Source: Candidatus Poribacteria bacterium (GTDB lineage Bacteria; Poribacteria; WGA-4E; PCPOR2b). From it: a stretch of DNA of 64,000 nt. This document shows, piece after piece, positions 51,146 through 60,700 of this stretch; within the stretch, counting starts at the first letter, position 1; each line of letters begins with the position of its first letter. The DNA lies in NCBI GenBank assembly GCA_965215015.1, contig OZ244042.1:192001-256000 (forward strand), given 5' to 3'. The notes below the pieces were generated by a model. It was not told the origin of the DNA and did not search any database. It worked only from the letters and a program-made list of their open reading frames with translations. The position numbers and the translations under genes are program-made.

Positions 51146-51544
51146 CTAGGAGGAAGGGGGCTTATTCTCTTTTCTATGAGGGTTCTGCGGTTCAGAAGGA
51201 TTGAAAATATAGTCAATGCTCAACCACAAACTGCGCGAATAGCGGAAGAAGAAGATAGGGAAAAGGGCACTAAAAGCTATCCACAGAATGAAGTTCTGAA
51301 GAAAAGGGATAGAGGTGAAATAGTCCAACGCAAAATAGCTGGCAAATGCAATAAAAATGGTCACACCGTAGTTGATATACATCGCCCCAACAAAATATCC
51401 TGCCTCGCGCTCAAACCTAAAGTGACAATTACCACACTCCGTGCACATTTTGAACAAACCTGAAAACATTTGACCTTCACCGCACCTTGGACATTTTAGG
51501 CGCAGCCCTTCTATGAGAATTTGACGCGCACCCCGCTTCTGCAT
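51146..51544 (-). CDS. DUF983 family membrane protein
   Basis: 'CPRCGEG..F....C..C...ERE.GYF.GAMYI', two TMs, 'RYSRSLW'. Confidence 0.85.
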   Translation of the reverse strand: MQKRGARQILIEGLRLKCPRCGEGQMFSGLFKMCTECGNCHFRFEREAGYFVGAMYINYGVTIFIAFASYFALDYFTSIPFLQNFILWIAFSALFPIFFFRYSRSLWLSIDYIFNPSEPQNPHRKENKPPSS

Positions 51545-51725
51545 CTACTGTTTTCCCTCCTTGAACTCCCACTTGCAATAAGTTATAATTTCTGATTGAG
51601 ATCCCAATTTTAGCATAGCTTATCAGAGATGTCAATTTAGCTGTTTCAAGCAAGCAGGGTAATTGCATCTGTTATAGAAATTAGACAATTCTATCAGGGA
51701 CTTGTGGAGCCAGAGGAGCACAGCT

Positions 51726-52538
51726 ATGGATCATCGCATAGAAGTCAATCGAAAGAACTGGAACGAACGCACCCCTGTCCATGCAGCCTCTAAATTCTAC
51801 GATGTAGGGGGATTTCGCAACGGTCGGATAACGCTGAACGACATCGAAAGAACTGAAGTGGGATCTGTTGAAGGTAAGTCTCTGCTGCATCTTCAGTGCC
51901 ACTTTGGTATGGATACGATGTCGTGGGCTCGTCTGGGTGCACAGGCGACAGGGGTTGACATTTCAGACGCCGCAATTGATTTGGCGAGGTCGCTGAATGA
52001 TGAGCTTCAATTGAATACCCGATTTATCCGTTCCAACCTCTACGACCTGCCCGATGTCCTGGATGAAGAGTTCGATATCGTATACACCACAATGGGTGTG
52101 CTTTGCTGGTTGCCCGATTTGTCTGAATGGGCGAATATCATCGCTAGGTTCCTCAGACCCAATGGCGTTTTCTATATCTTGGATGGCCACCCGTTCTCAC
52201 ACGTATTTGAATCTGAGGAAAACCAAGCTGGAGTTCAAGAACTACAAGTGCGACACCCATACTTCAAAAAAAATGAAGGTGATTTCTACGCGGGTGGCCA
52301 ACACACTTATGCGGGTTCGGACATCATAGAAGCTGGATGTTACGAATGGCAGCACAGCGTTGGTGAAATACTGAATGCTATCTCGGCTGCCGGATTAGGG
52401 ATTCAGTTCTTCCACGAATTTGCGCGTAGCGGCTATAAAGCCTTTCCGTGCATGGAAAGAGACAGGGATGGCTGGTGGCGACTGACCTCACACAACGACT
52501 CAGTTCCACAACTGTTCTCACTGAAAGCGACCAAGTAA
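51726..52538 (+). CDS. Class I SAM-dependent methyltransferase
   Basis: 'N..NWNERT.VH', 'LLHLQCHFGMDT.SWAR.GA..TGVD'. Confidence 0.9.
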   Translation: MDHRIEVNRKNWNERTPVHAASKFYDVGGFRNGRITLNDIERTEVGSVEGKSLLHLQCHFGMDTMSWARLGAQATGVDISDAAIDLARSLNDELQLNTRFIRSNLYDLPDVLDEEFDIVYTTMGVLCWLPDLSEWANIIARFLRPNGVFYILDGHPFSHVFESEENQAGVQELQVRHPYFKKNEGDFYAGGQHTYAGSDIIEAGCYEWQHSVGEILNAISAAGLGIQFFHEFARSGYKAFPCMERDRDGWWRLTSHNDSVPQLFSLKATK

Positions 52539-52615
52539 GGTGGTATTTTCTCCGATAGCCTTGAACAGTCTATGCAACAGCTTATTGGCTACAAGAAGTC
52601 GTATTTGACCTTATC

Positions 52616-55459
52616 ATGAGAATCCAAAACGGTATTGCAATTGTCTGCTTCTTCCTCTCCGGTTTCGCGGGACTGGTCTACGAGGTGTCGTGGATACGCA
52701 AGGCTTCTCTTGCCTTCGGATCTACGACCTTTGCTGTTAGCACGGTATTAGCTGTCTTTTTTCTCGGATTGGCTTGTGGAAGTTACCTGTTTGGACGAAT
52801 TGGTCAAAGAACGTTGCAGCCGCTGCGGCTTTACGCGCTGATCGAAATCGGACTCGGATTGTTCGCTATAGTAAGTCCTTACCTCTTCAACTTTACGGAG
52901 AGTCTCTATGGACCAATCTATCGTGCACTTGGGGGGCATGTCGTTATTCTGTTTGTAGCACGTGGCGTGCTAGTTTCTCTGGTTATTCTCCCACCTACCA
53001 TCCTCATGGGTAGTACACTTCCCCTCTTTTGCTCTCAGTTTGTCCGTAGTGATGCAAGGGTTGCCAATTCTGTTGGGCTGCTTTACGGGGTGAACACCTT
53101 GGGAGCGGCGATAGGCTGTGCAGCAGCTGGGCTCTTATTGCTTCCGACCCTTGGGCTTCAGCTCACTGTTCAGCTTGGGGCTGCCCTGAATATCCTGTGC
53201 GGCATTGCTGTTGGGTTATTGCCCATCACCAAAAATCAACCCCCTCAACTGCATCGGGATTCAAAGCAATCTGAAGATCCCCACAAAATATGTACGGATC
53301 GATTTACTGCTACTCAAATCCCCATCGCTATTCTGTTTTTTTCTGTCGGCTTTGTCGCTCTTGGGAGTGAGGTGCTGTGGACGCGTTACCTACGACTGCT
53401 AACCCGTCAGAATAACGTCCACACCTACACCCTGACACTGACAGTGGTACTGGTCGGTATTGTTCTCGGTAGTTTTCTCGCTGCCCGCCTCTTTGATCGA
53501 TCCACGCTGCGAGCACGCTATTTTGGCCTATTCCAAATCCTTACAGGGATAGCGGTGCTGATTGTTATGACCCTTCCACATACCTTTTGGGCAAACGTCA
53601 AGAACGAGTTGGGGATGTATTTCAGCCTATTATTGCCGCCTGCTGTCCTTTCGGGCGCGTCATTTCCGCTTGCAGTACGAATGGTTGTCGAAGATGCCTC
53701 AAGGGCGAGTATCGGGACCGGGCGGATGGCAGCAATTAACACGCTGGGTGGAATCCTTGGCTCGCTGCTGGTTGGATTTGTAGGGCTACCTATTTTTGGA
53801 ATAAAGTTCAGCATCCTGTTTATTACAGGGGTCAGTTTATTAACTGGATTCGCTGCATGGTTCTGGATCGACAAAACCTTCTCACCCCTTTTTCGAGGAG
53901 GTGCCGTCGCGGGGGCGTTACTCATCTGGCTTTGTGTTCCTTTCGCTACAGGGACGCAGATTCCTGCCGACTTCCTCGCCGAAGGACGGCAATTGGTGGC
54001 TTTCCGCGAGGGGTTTGACGGGGATTTGGCTGTGATCCGGAGGGACGCGGAGTGGATTGAACTCGAAATTGACCGATGGTGGCAGGGAAGTAATCTGAAA
54101 AATCAGCAGGTGGTCGGCGCGCACATCCCAATGCTTTTACACCCAAAGCCCGAGAGCATTCTCGTTGTTGGTGCCGGTACGGGACAAACACCGAGCCGCT
54201 TTCTGATGTACGATATTGACAGGCTCGATTGCGTTGATATAGAACCGACACTGTTTGAGTTTATTCGCGGTCATTTTGACTCGAAATGGATGGATGACAA
54301 GCGGGTCAAACTGATTAGCGAGGATGGTCTCAATTACTTGAATCACAGCGATGTTATGTATGATGTGATTGCTATTGAGGTAGGCCAAATCTTTCGTCCC
54401 GGCATCGCCTTCTTCTACACGGCTGATTTCTACCACCGTTCCCGGCAACGACTCCGCCCCGGCGGCATTCTCACTCAACTGGTATCAATACCGTCGCTCA
54501 CAACCGACCAATTCCGGGGTGTAATCAAAACCTTCCTTGATGCCTTCCCACAGAGTTTTCTGTGGTATAATTCCTCCGATCTCCTCCTGATTGGCCTCAA
54601 CAACGCGGATTTCAAACTCAGCCATGCTGCCTTAGAACGTTTGGCATCCAATGAAGTCGTGCACCGGGACTTGCGCTATACTTTTTGGGGAGGTTCTCAA
54701 CACTGGCTCAACCGGCCCCCTGTCTTTCTCGGAGGGTATCTGGCGGGGCCCTCTGAGCTTGCTAATCTGGCATCGGAGGCTCGCCTTTACCGCGATGATT
54801 TACCGGTTCTCGACTACGCAACCAGCTTGGACTATATCACCCAAACAAATGAAATCCCGATTGTCAAAGACCATCTGCTCAAGCATATTGGCTCCCTTAA
54901 CGAGGTCATTGATTTTGCACTTTCTCCCGAAGAGATTTCAGTGATTGAGGAGGTTCGGATGAAAAATCTAGGGGCGATTATTGCAGAAGCCCTCCTCCGG
55001 CGGGTGGAGTTACTGATGCTTTCGAGGAACGATAGAGCAGACGAAACTATTACGTTACTTTCAGAAGCGGTGGATTGGAATCCTGACCATTTTGAAGCGA
55101 ATCGTATGCTCGCTGATGTGCTCATCGGGCAGGGGCGGAACAAAGCAGCAGGACGCCATTATGTGGAGGCTAACCGAATTCGCCCGGAAGACCCCCATGT
55201 GCTGCATGGCATCGCCCATACACTCTACCGTCTCAACAGAATTGAGGCAGCGATCCCATACTATCGCGCCTCGCTACGTTTACGACCCAATCATGCTGAG
55301 ACACACAATCACATCGGGCTTGCCTTGGCTAAGCGAGGGAACCTCGTCGAGGCACAGCAGCACTTCAAAACAGCTGTCCGATTGGACCCGGACTACGCCG
55401 AAGCCAAGCGTAACCTTGCTGGCGTGCGGAAAGTTTTGCAGTCAATGCCACAAAGATGA
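52616..55459 (+). CDS. Fused MFS-like membrane domain / spermidine-synthase-like domain / TPR protein
   Basis: 'SGFAGLVYEV.W', 'LYGVNTLGA', 'ILVVGAGTG.T', 'VDIEP', C-terminal TPRs. Confidence 0.88.
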   Translation: MRIQNGIAIVCFFLSGFAGLVYEVSWIRKASLAFGSTTFAVSTVLAVFFLGLACGSYLFGRIGQRTLQPLRLYALIEIGLGLFAIVSPYLFNFTESLYGPIYRALGGHVVILFVARGVLVSLVILPPTILMGSTLPLFCSQFVRSDARVANSVGLLYGVNTLGAAIGCAAAGLLLLPTLGLQLTVQLGAALNILCGIAVGLLPITKNQPPQLHRDSKQSEDPHKICTDRFTATQIPIAILFFSVGFVALGSEVLWTRYLRLLTRQNNVHTYTLTLTVVLVGIVLGSFLAARLFDRSTLRARYFGLFQILTGIAVLIVMTLPHTFWANVKNELGMYFSLLLPPAVLSGASFPLAVRMVVEDASRASIGTGRMAAINTLGGILGSLLVGFVGLPIFGIKFSILFITGVSLLTGFAAWFWIDKTFSPLFRGGAVAGALLIWLCVPFATGTQIPADFLAEGRQLVAFREGFDGDLAVIRRDAEWIELEIDRWWQGSNLKNQQVVGAHIPMLLHPKPESILVVGAGTGQTPSRFLMYDIDRLDCVDIEPTLFEFIRGHFDSKWMDDKRVKLISEDGLNYLNHSDVMYDVIAIEVGQIFRPGIAFFYTADFYHRSRQRLRPGGILTQLVSIPSLTTDQFRGVIKTFLDAFPQSFLWYNSSDLLLIGLNNADFKLSHAALERLASNEVVHRDLRYTFWGGSQHWLNRPPVFLGGYLAGPSELANLASEARLYRDDLPVLDYATSLDYITQTNEIPIVKDHLLKHIGSLNEVIDFALSPEEISVIEEVRMKNLGAIIAEALLRRVELLMLSRNDRADETITLLSEAVDWNPDHFEANRMLADVLIGQGRNKAAGRHYVEANRIRPEDPHVLHGIAHTLYRLNRIEAAIPYYRASLRLRPNHAETHNHIGLALAKRGNLVEAQQHFKTAVRLDPDYAEAKRNLAGVRKVLQSMPQR

Positions 55460-55512
55460 GCGCAGCAATTGCCCGATGCTCCTGTTAACAAAATTGAATT
55501 GAAAAATCATTG

Positions 55513-55541
55513 TTGACCTGAAGCTAAAAACATGATACAAT
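55513..55541 (+). promoter_or_regulatory. Sigma-70 promoter (extended -10)
   Basis: TTGACC-17 bp-TACAAT with a TG extension. Confidence 0.7.
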
Positions 55542-55561
55542 AAATACGCAAGCTAGGGAGT

Positions 55562-55590
55562 TGTCCGATAAGAACAATTATCGGATATTA
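55562..55590 (+). repeat. 29-bp site, left copy of an exact inverted repeat pair
   Basis: TGTCCGATAAGAACAATTATCGGATATTA equals the reverse complement of 59663-59691. Confidence 0.9.
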
Positions 55591-55640
55591 GAGTCCGAAA
55601 GTTAATTGAAAGGAGTTTCAATCTGAAAGGAGTGCTATCA

Positions 55641-57284
55641 ATGAAAGTTTTGCAAGTAACTTTCGCCTGTTTTATTCTAGTGGTTGGACAGATTGCACTG
55701 GGTTATGCCGCGCCCGACGTTGAGGGAGTAGTTGTTCCTAGACCAATGGGAGGCGACACCAATTGGGGGCATTCTGTTGACATCAGTGGGACGACCCTCA
55801 TCGCTGGGTATACCTCGTATGTAGGTAATAACGGCGGTGTCTTTATCCTCGAACAAAAGGGGAAGAAATGGGATCTTATAGTTCAATTTAAAACCCCCGA
55901 TGGGAACACGAGAGATCAGTACGGACATGCGGTCGCTATTGAAGAAGATTACGCTGTCGTGAGTGCCTATGAACATGGTGGGAAAAAACCCGTTGCAGGG
56001 GGGCCTTTGGGCGAGGGGCCGGGGTTGGTGTATGTCTACCAACGTGAAGCCAAAGGATTTGGGGAAATGGCAAAATTGAAGGGCGAGGGCATCCAAAACA
56101 ATGACCGATTCGGATATGCCGTTGATATCAGCGGGACAACCCTCATCGCCGGAACCCCTTTTCATGACGAGGAGAAAGGGGCCGTCTATGTTTACAAACT
56201 TGATGGAGGCCAATGGAAACACCAAGCTAAGCTCCAAGCGGACGACGCGGGCGTAAAGAACCGGTTCGGTTGGGATTGCGCGATTCATGAAAACACGATA
56301 GTTGTTGGCGCACCGCTGGCAGCTGCGCCTGCAAGGCTCTCCGGTGCGGTGTATGTCTTTAAGCGGCAGGGAGATGCTTGGGCACAGGTGGCGAAGATTA
56401 CCCCCGAGGACGGGGACGGGGGTGATAGTTTCGGCGTTTCTGTTGACGTGAGCAAGAGTCGTATTATTGTCGGGGCAAATAAAGATGAGAACGAAGTAAA
56501 AAAACGGGGCTCTGGCTCCGCCTATGTCTTTAAAGGTGTCGGGAATGTCTATACACAGGAGGCGAAGTTGACCGCAGACGAGCCTCAGGAAGGTGCCGGC
56601 TTTGGGCTTTCGGTTGCGTTGGATGTGAACCGGGCACTCGTCGGGGCGCCCTCTACTGATACCAAAAGAGGCGATGACTCCGGTGCTGCTTATGCCTTTC
56701 TGAAGGTCGGTGACGACTGGGTGTTGCAGGCGAGAGTCATACCTGAGAAAGGACCGGGGGAGGGGCAGGGCCTAACCAGCGGCGACAATATGGGCAGTGC
56801 TGTCGCACTTGACGGAGCATTCGGACGAAATTTTAACTTGGCTGCTGTTGGTGTTCAATGGGACGCTCAGGATGGAGGAGATGATGCGGGTTCGGTATAT
56901 ATCTTTGACACCGAAGATGTCGAAGGTCTGAACATACCGTTATCGGTCGAGCCGCGCAGCGACTTGGCATTGACAACGTTCGGAGATATCAAACGGACAG
57001 CGTTGCTTCAAAACTTCCCCAATCCATTTAACCCCGAGACGTGGATACCTTATACCCTCGCTGATGGTGCGGATGTGAACATTCGTATCTACGATGTTGA
57101 AGGCAAGCTAGTTCGTCGCTTGGATATTGGGCACCAGCGGGCAGGAAGGTATCTCAGCAGAGAAACGGCTGCCTATTGGGACGGTACGGACCAATTGGGT
57201 GAGTCGGTGTCGAGTGGTATCTATTTCTATACACTAAAGACGGATGGGTTTTCAGATACCCGTCGTATGGTTATCCTGAAATAG
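55641..57284 (+). CDS. Secreted FG-GAP (integrin-alpha-like) propeller protein with FlgD/T9SS-like C-terminal domain, paralog 1
   Basis: Repeats 'FG.AV.IS...VGAP....GAVYVF'; 'LLQNFPNPFNPETWIPY...TRRMVILK'. Confidence 0.9.
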   Translation: MKVLQVTFACFILVVGQIALGYAAPDVEGVVVPRPMGGDTNWGHSVDISGTTLIAGYTSYVGNNGGVFILEQKGKKWDLIVQFKTPDGNTRDQYGHAVAIEEDYAVVSAYEHGGKKPVAGGPLGEGPGLVYVYQREAKGFGEMAKLKGEGIQNNDRFGYAVDISGTTLIAGTPFHDEEKGAVYVYKLDGGQWKHQAKLQADDAGVKNRFGWDCAIHENTIVVGAPLAAAPARLSGAVYVFKRQGDAWAQVAKITPEDGDGGDSFGVSVDVSKSRIIVGANKDENEVKKRGSGSAYVFKGVGNVYTQEAKLTADEPQEGAGFGLSVALDVNRALVGAPSTDTKRGDDSGAAYAFLKVGDDWVLQARVIPEKGPGEGQGLTSGDNMGSAVALDGAFGRNFNLAAVGVQWDAQDGGDDAGSVYIFDTEDVEGLNIPLSVEPRSDLALTTFGDIKRTALLQNFPNPFNPETWIPYTLADGADVNIRIYDVEGKLVRRLDIGHQRAGRYLSRETAAYWDGTDQLGESVSSGIYFYTLKTDGFSDTRRMVILK

Positions 57285-57353
57285 TTTCCCTTGAAACATA
57301 TCAAGCATTCCACCTGTACTACGAGGTTTGATTCTGATTGAAATCTCCTAAAT

Positions 57354-57407
57354 AGTGAAACCCAACATTCGACAATCCGCGTGTGGGTTAGAGTGTTGGG
57401 TTTCACT
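57354..57407. repeat. REP-like/terminator-like long hairpin between the FG-GAP paralogs
   Basis: AGTGAAACCCAACA...TGTTGGGTTTCACT. Confidence 0.65.
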
Positions 57408-57602
57408 CTATCTACATAACGGTATTGTTAACAAGCAGCACCCCGGTTCACCTTGATAGAGATTTGTTTTAACTGTTCAGCCTTCTCTATACCATTAATC
57501 AGTTTTGATATAGTAGCGTGACCTGTGGTTGAGATTTACATCTCGACGCAGCGAATTAACCGTTGATTGAGGAAACGGGCCATCCTGAAAGGAGCGTTAT
57601 CA

Positions 57603-59240
57603 ATGAAAACTTTGCAAGTAACTTTCGCCTGTCTTATTCTAGTGGTTGGACAGGTCGCACTAGGCTATGCCGCGCCCGACGTTGAGGGAGTGGTTATTCC
57701 TAGACCCGATGGGGGAAACACCAATTGGGGACATTCGGTTGACATCAGTGGGACGACTCTCATCGCTGGTTACACCTCGTATGTGGGTGACCACGGCGGT
57801 GTCTTTATCATGGAGGAAAAGGGAAAGAAGAAGTGGGATATTTTAGAGCACTTTAAGACACCCGATGGGAACACGAGAGATCAATATGGGCACGCTGTCG
57901 CTCTTGACGGTGACATTGCGGTCATCAGTGCCTATGAACATGGCGGAAAAAAACCTACCGCAGGCGGGAAGTTGGGAGGTGGACCGGGAATAGTGTATGT
58001 CCTCCGGCGTGAAGTCAAAGGGTTTGGGGAAATGGCAAAATTGAAGGGTGAGGGCATCCAAAACAATGACCGGTTCGGATATGCCGTTGACATCAGTGGT
58101 AACACCCTCATCGCCGGAACCCCTTTTCATGACGAGGAGAAAGGTGCCGTCTATGTTTACACGCTGGACGGTGGTCAATGGAGACAGCAAGCTAAACTCC
58201 AAGCGGACGACGCGGACGTAAAGAACCGGTTCGGTTGGGATTGCGCGGTTAATGAAAACACGATAGTTGTTGGCGCACCCCTGGCAGCTGCACCTGCGAG
58301 ACTCTCCGGTGCAGCGTATGTCTTTAAGCGGCAGGGAGATGCTTGGGCACAGGTGGCGAAGATTACCCCCGAGGACGGGGACGGGGGTGATAGTTTCGGC
58401 GTTTCTGTTGCTGTTAGTAAAAGTCGCATGATTGTTGGGGCAAACAAAGACGAGAACGAAGTGAAGAAGCGGGGCTCTGGCTCCGCCTATGTTTTTAAAG
58501 GTGTCGGGAATGTCTATACACAGGAGGCGAAGTTGACCGCAGACGAGCCTCAGGAAGGTGCCGGTTTTGGACTGACAGTTGCGCTGGATGTGAACCGTGC
58601 ACTTGTCGGTGCGCCTTCTGCCGACACAAAGCGTGGGGACGATTCAGGTGCTGTTTATGCCTTTCTGAAGGTCGGGGCCGACTGGGTGTTGCAAGCGAGA
58701 GTCATACCTGAGAAAGGAGGCGATGAAGGTAAGGGGCTAACTAGTGGCGACAACATGGGCAGTGCCGTTGCACTTGACGGAGCATTCGGACGCAACTTTA
58801 ACTTGGCTGCCATGGGAGTCCAATGGGACGGCGATGGCGATGCAGGTTCGGTATATGTCTTTGACACTGAAAATATCGAAGGTCTGAACATACCGTTATC
58901 GGTCGAGCCGCGCAGCGACTTGGCATTGACAACGTTCGGAGATATCAAACGGACAGCGTTGCTTCAAAACTTTCCCAATCCATTTAACCCCGAGACGTGG
59001 ATACCTTACACCCTTGCTGATGGGGCGGATGTGAACATTCGTATCTACGATGTTGAAGGCAAGCTAGTTCGTCGTTTGGACATCGGGCACCAGCGGGCAG
59101 GAAGGTACCTCAGCAGAGAAACGGCTGCCTATTGGGACGGTACGGACCAATTGGGTGAGTCGGTGTCGAGTGGTATCTATTTCTATACACTGAAAGCGGA
59201 TGGGTTTTCAGATACCCGTCGTATGGTTATCCTGAAATAG
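57603..59240 (+). CDS. Secreted FG-GAP propeller protein with FlgD/T9SS-like C-terminal domain, paralog 2
   Basis: Close paralog of 55641-57284 with a near-identical 3' end. Confidence 0.9.
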   Translation: MKTLQVTFACLILVVGQVALGYAAPDVEGVVIPRPDGGNTNWGHSVDISGTTLIAGYTSYVGDHGGVFIMEEKGKKKWDILEHFKTPDGNTRDQYGHAVALDGDIAVISAYEHGGKKPTAGGKLGGGPGIVYVLRREVKGFGEMAKLKGEGIQNNDRFGYAVDISGNTLIAGTPFHDEEKGAVYVYTLDGGQWRQQAKLQADDADVKNRFGWDCAVNENTIVVGAPLAAAPARLSGAAYVFKRQGDAWAQVAKITPEDGDGGDSFGVSVAVSKSRMIVGANKDENEVKKRGSGSAYVFKGVGNVYTQEAKLTADEPQEGAGFGLTVALDVNRALVGAPSADTKRGDDSGAVYAFLKVGADWVLQARVIPEKGGDEGKGLTSGDNMGSAVALDGAFGRNFNLAAMGVQWDGDGDAGSVYVFDTENIEGLNIPLSVEPRSDLALTTFGDIKRTALLQNFPNPFNPETWIPYTLADGADVNIRIYDVEGKLVRRLDIGHQRAGRYLSRETAAYWDGTDQLGESVSSGIYFYTLKADGFSDTRRMVILK

Positions 59241-59404
59241 TTTCCCTTATTCGTGGGTGGGAGCATCTGCTCCCACCCACATCCAGAAGCGGAACGCTAA
59301 CAGGCATTTTCAAACCAGAAGGAAGATTGTTAGGGGAAGCTCTAACAATCCCACAAATCCCAGCAGTGGCTTTCGCCTCACCACAGTTGTCCTACCGGGG
59401 TAAT

Positions 59405-59534
59405 GGGTAGGGTGTTGTCCATTGGAGGAGACACTGTCAGACGGGTTTCGGATCGCAAGTGTTGTTGATACCACAATTCGACTCTTATAGGAATGGGTGA
59501 GAATCCCAATCCTTTAGAGGTGGGAATACGTCAA
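59405..59534 (+). mobile_element. Orphan IS200/IS605 right end / TnpB omegaRNA-like scaffold
   Basis: Residual tnpB-like tail 'RVLSIGGDTVRRVSDRKCC*' then GTTGA..CACAATTC...GAATCCC...TACGTCAA, colinear with 10941-11072. Confidence 0.7.
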
Positions 59535-59587
59535 CAAGTTATGAGTGGGAGCGGATTGCTATATTTAGAATTCGTTTCTTAAAAGCA

Positions 59588-59616
59588 TTGCCTTTTATTT
59601 TTATTTATGATATAAT
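59588..59616 (+). promoter_or_regulatory. Sigma-70 promoter (extended -10)
   Basis: TTGCCT-17 bp-TATAAT with a TG extension. Confidence 0.7.
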
Positions 59617-59662
59617 TTTTGGTCTCTCACTAGTGATAGATTCGAGACATATTTTAGGGAAA

Positions 59663-59691
59663 TAATATCCGATAATTGTTCTTATCGGACA
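59663..59691 (-). repeat. 29-bp site, right (inverted) copy
   Basis: TAATATCCGATAATTGTTCTTATCGGACA. Confidence 0.9.
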
Positions 59692-59803
59692 TTATTCCTC
59701 TATCTTACATGATGATGGATTCCCATCATCATAGCTTTAAAGTCGATTGGATTTCAAATTTCGACTCTAGAATTTTATTAACCTCAATAAGGGAGGAATT
59801 AAA

Positions 59804-60622
59804 TTGAAACGCCTACTATTTGTTACGCTCGCAATAACTTTCCTCGCAGGTAGTTACGCAACTGCTCAGATGGCAGTGTTTATTGATGGCGCTGACTTTG
59901 AGAGTTATGTATCAGCACCGCATGATCCATGTTTCTTCGACGAGGACCTCTGTTGTCCATTCACCTTTGAAGCATGGTTCAAACCCTTTGACTCCCAAGG
60001 GGAGCGAATGATTCTTAACAAAGAGGATCATTGGGAATCTGCTAACAAAGACGGTCTTTTCCAAGCTGCTATTGCGGGTGCCAACGACCAAGGTAAAAAT
60101 AACGGCTGGGCTTGGAATAGCAGTGGCCTCGGTGTCGGGGTCAATGTTTGGAACCACGGTGCAGTTATCTGGGATCCGCCGAAAGTCTTGATGTATCTCA
60201 ATGGCAAAGAAGGAGATGTGGGAGAGCACGCTGGTAAACAGCTAGCCTGGGCGCATGAAGATACCTTCAAGATGGGAAGGCGTGAGCGCGGTGGTGCGAC
60301 CCATTCTATCTACCACGGACTGATCGATGAGGTTCGTATATCAAAAGGTGCCCGCTACAAGGGCGACTACGATGTACCTGAAACCGAGTGGGTGCCAGAT
60401 GCAGATACAAGGGCACTCTACCATCTCAACGAGGTTGAAGGTGCAGCGACGATTGTCAATTTTGCCAAAGAGGGTGGCCACCCCCAACCGTGTCCGGATG
60501 CTGTTCTTGAAGGGGCGGTTGAGTTGTGGGACGTTGATGACCAACCTTTTGAACCGTTCGCTGTTGAACCCGGTGGTAAGATGGCAACAACGTGGGCACA
60601 TGTTAAAAAACGTGTAGAGTAA
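59804..60622 (+). CDS. Secreted LamG-like jellyroll protein with C-terminal 'AVEP..K..TTW..K' motif
   Basis: 'FTFEAWFKP', 'WNHGAVIWD...MYLNG', 'GLIDEVRIS..ARY'; TTG start after GGGAGG. Confidence 0.85.
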   Translation: MKRLLFVTLAITFLAGSYATAQMAVFIDGADFESYVSAPHDPCFFDEDLCCPFTFEAWFKPFDSQGERMILNKEDHWESANKDGLFQAAIAGANDQGKNNGWAWNSSGLGVGVNVWNHGAVIWDPPKVLMYLNGKEGDVGEHAGKQLAWAHEDTFKMGRRERGGATHSIYHGLIDEVRISKGARYKGDYDVPETEWVPDADTRALYHLNEVEGAATIVNFAKEGGHPQPCPDAVLEGAVELWDVDDQPFEPFAVEPGGKMATTWAHVKKRVE

Positions 60623-60661
60623 AAAAGTCTGATGTGTGTATCGCACATCTTCAATAATTTT

Positions 60662-60700
60662 AAGAGGGGCGCAGCTGAAAATGCTCGCCCCTTTTTTTAT
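60662..60700 (+). terminator. Rho-independent terminator
   Basis: GAGGGGCG...CGCCCCTTTTTTT. Confidence 0.7.
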
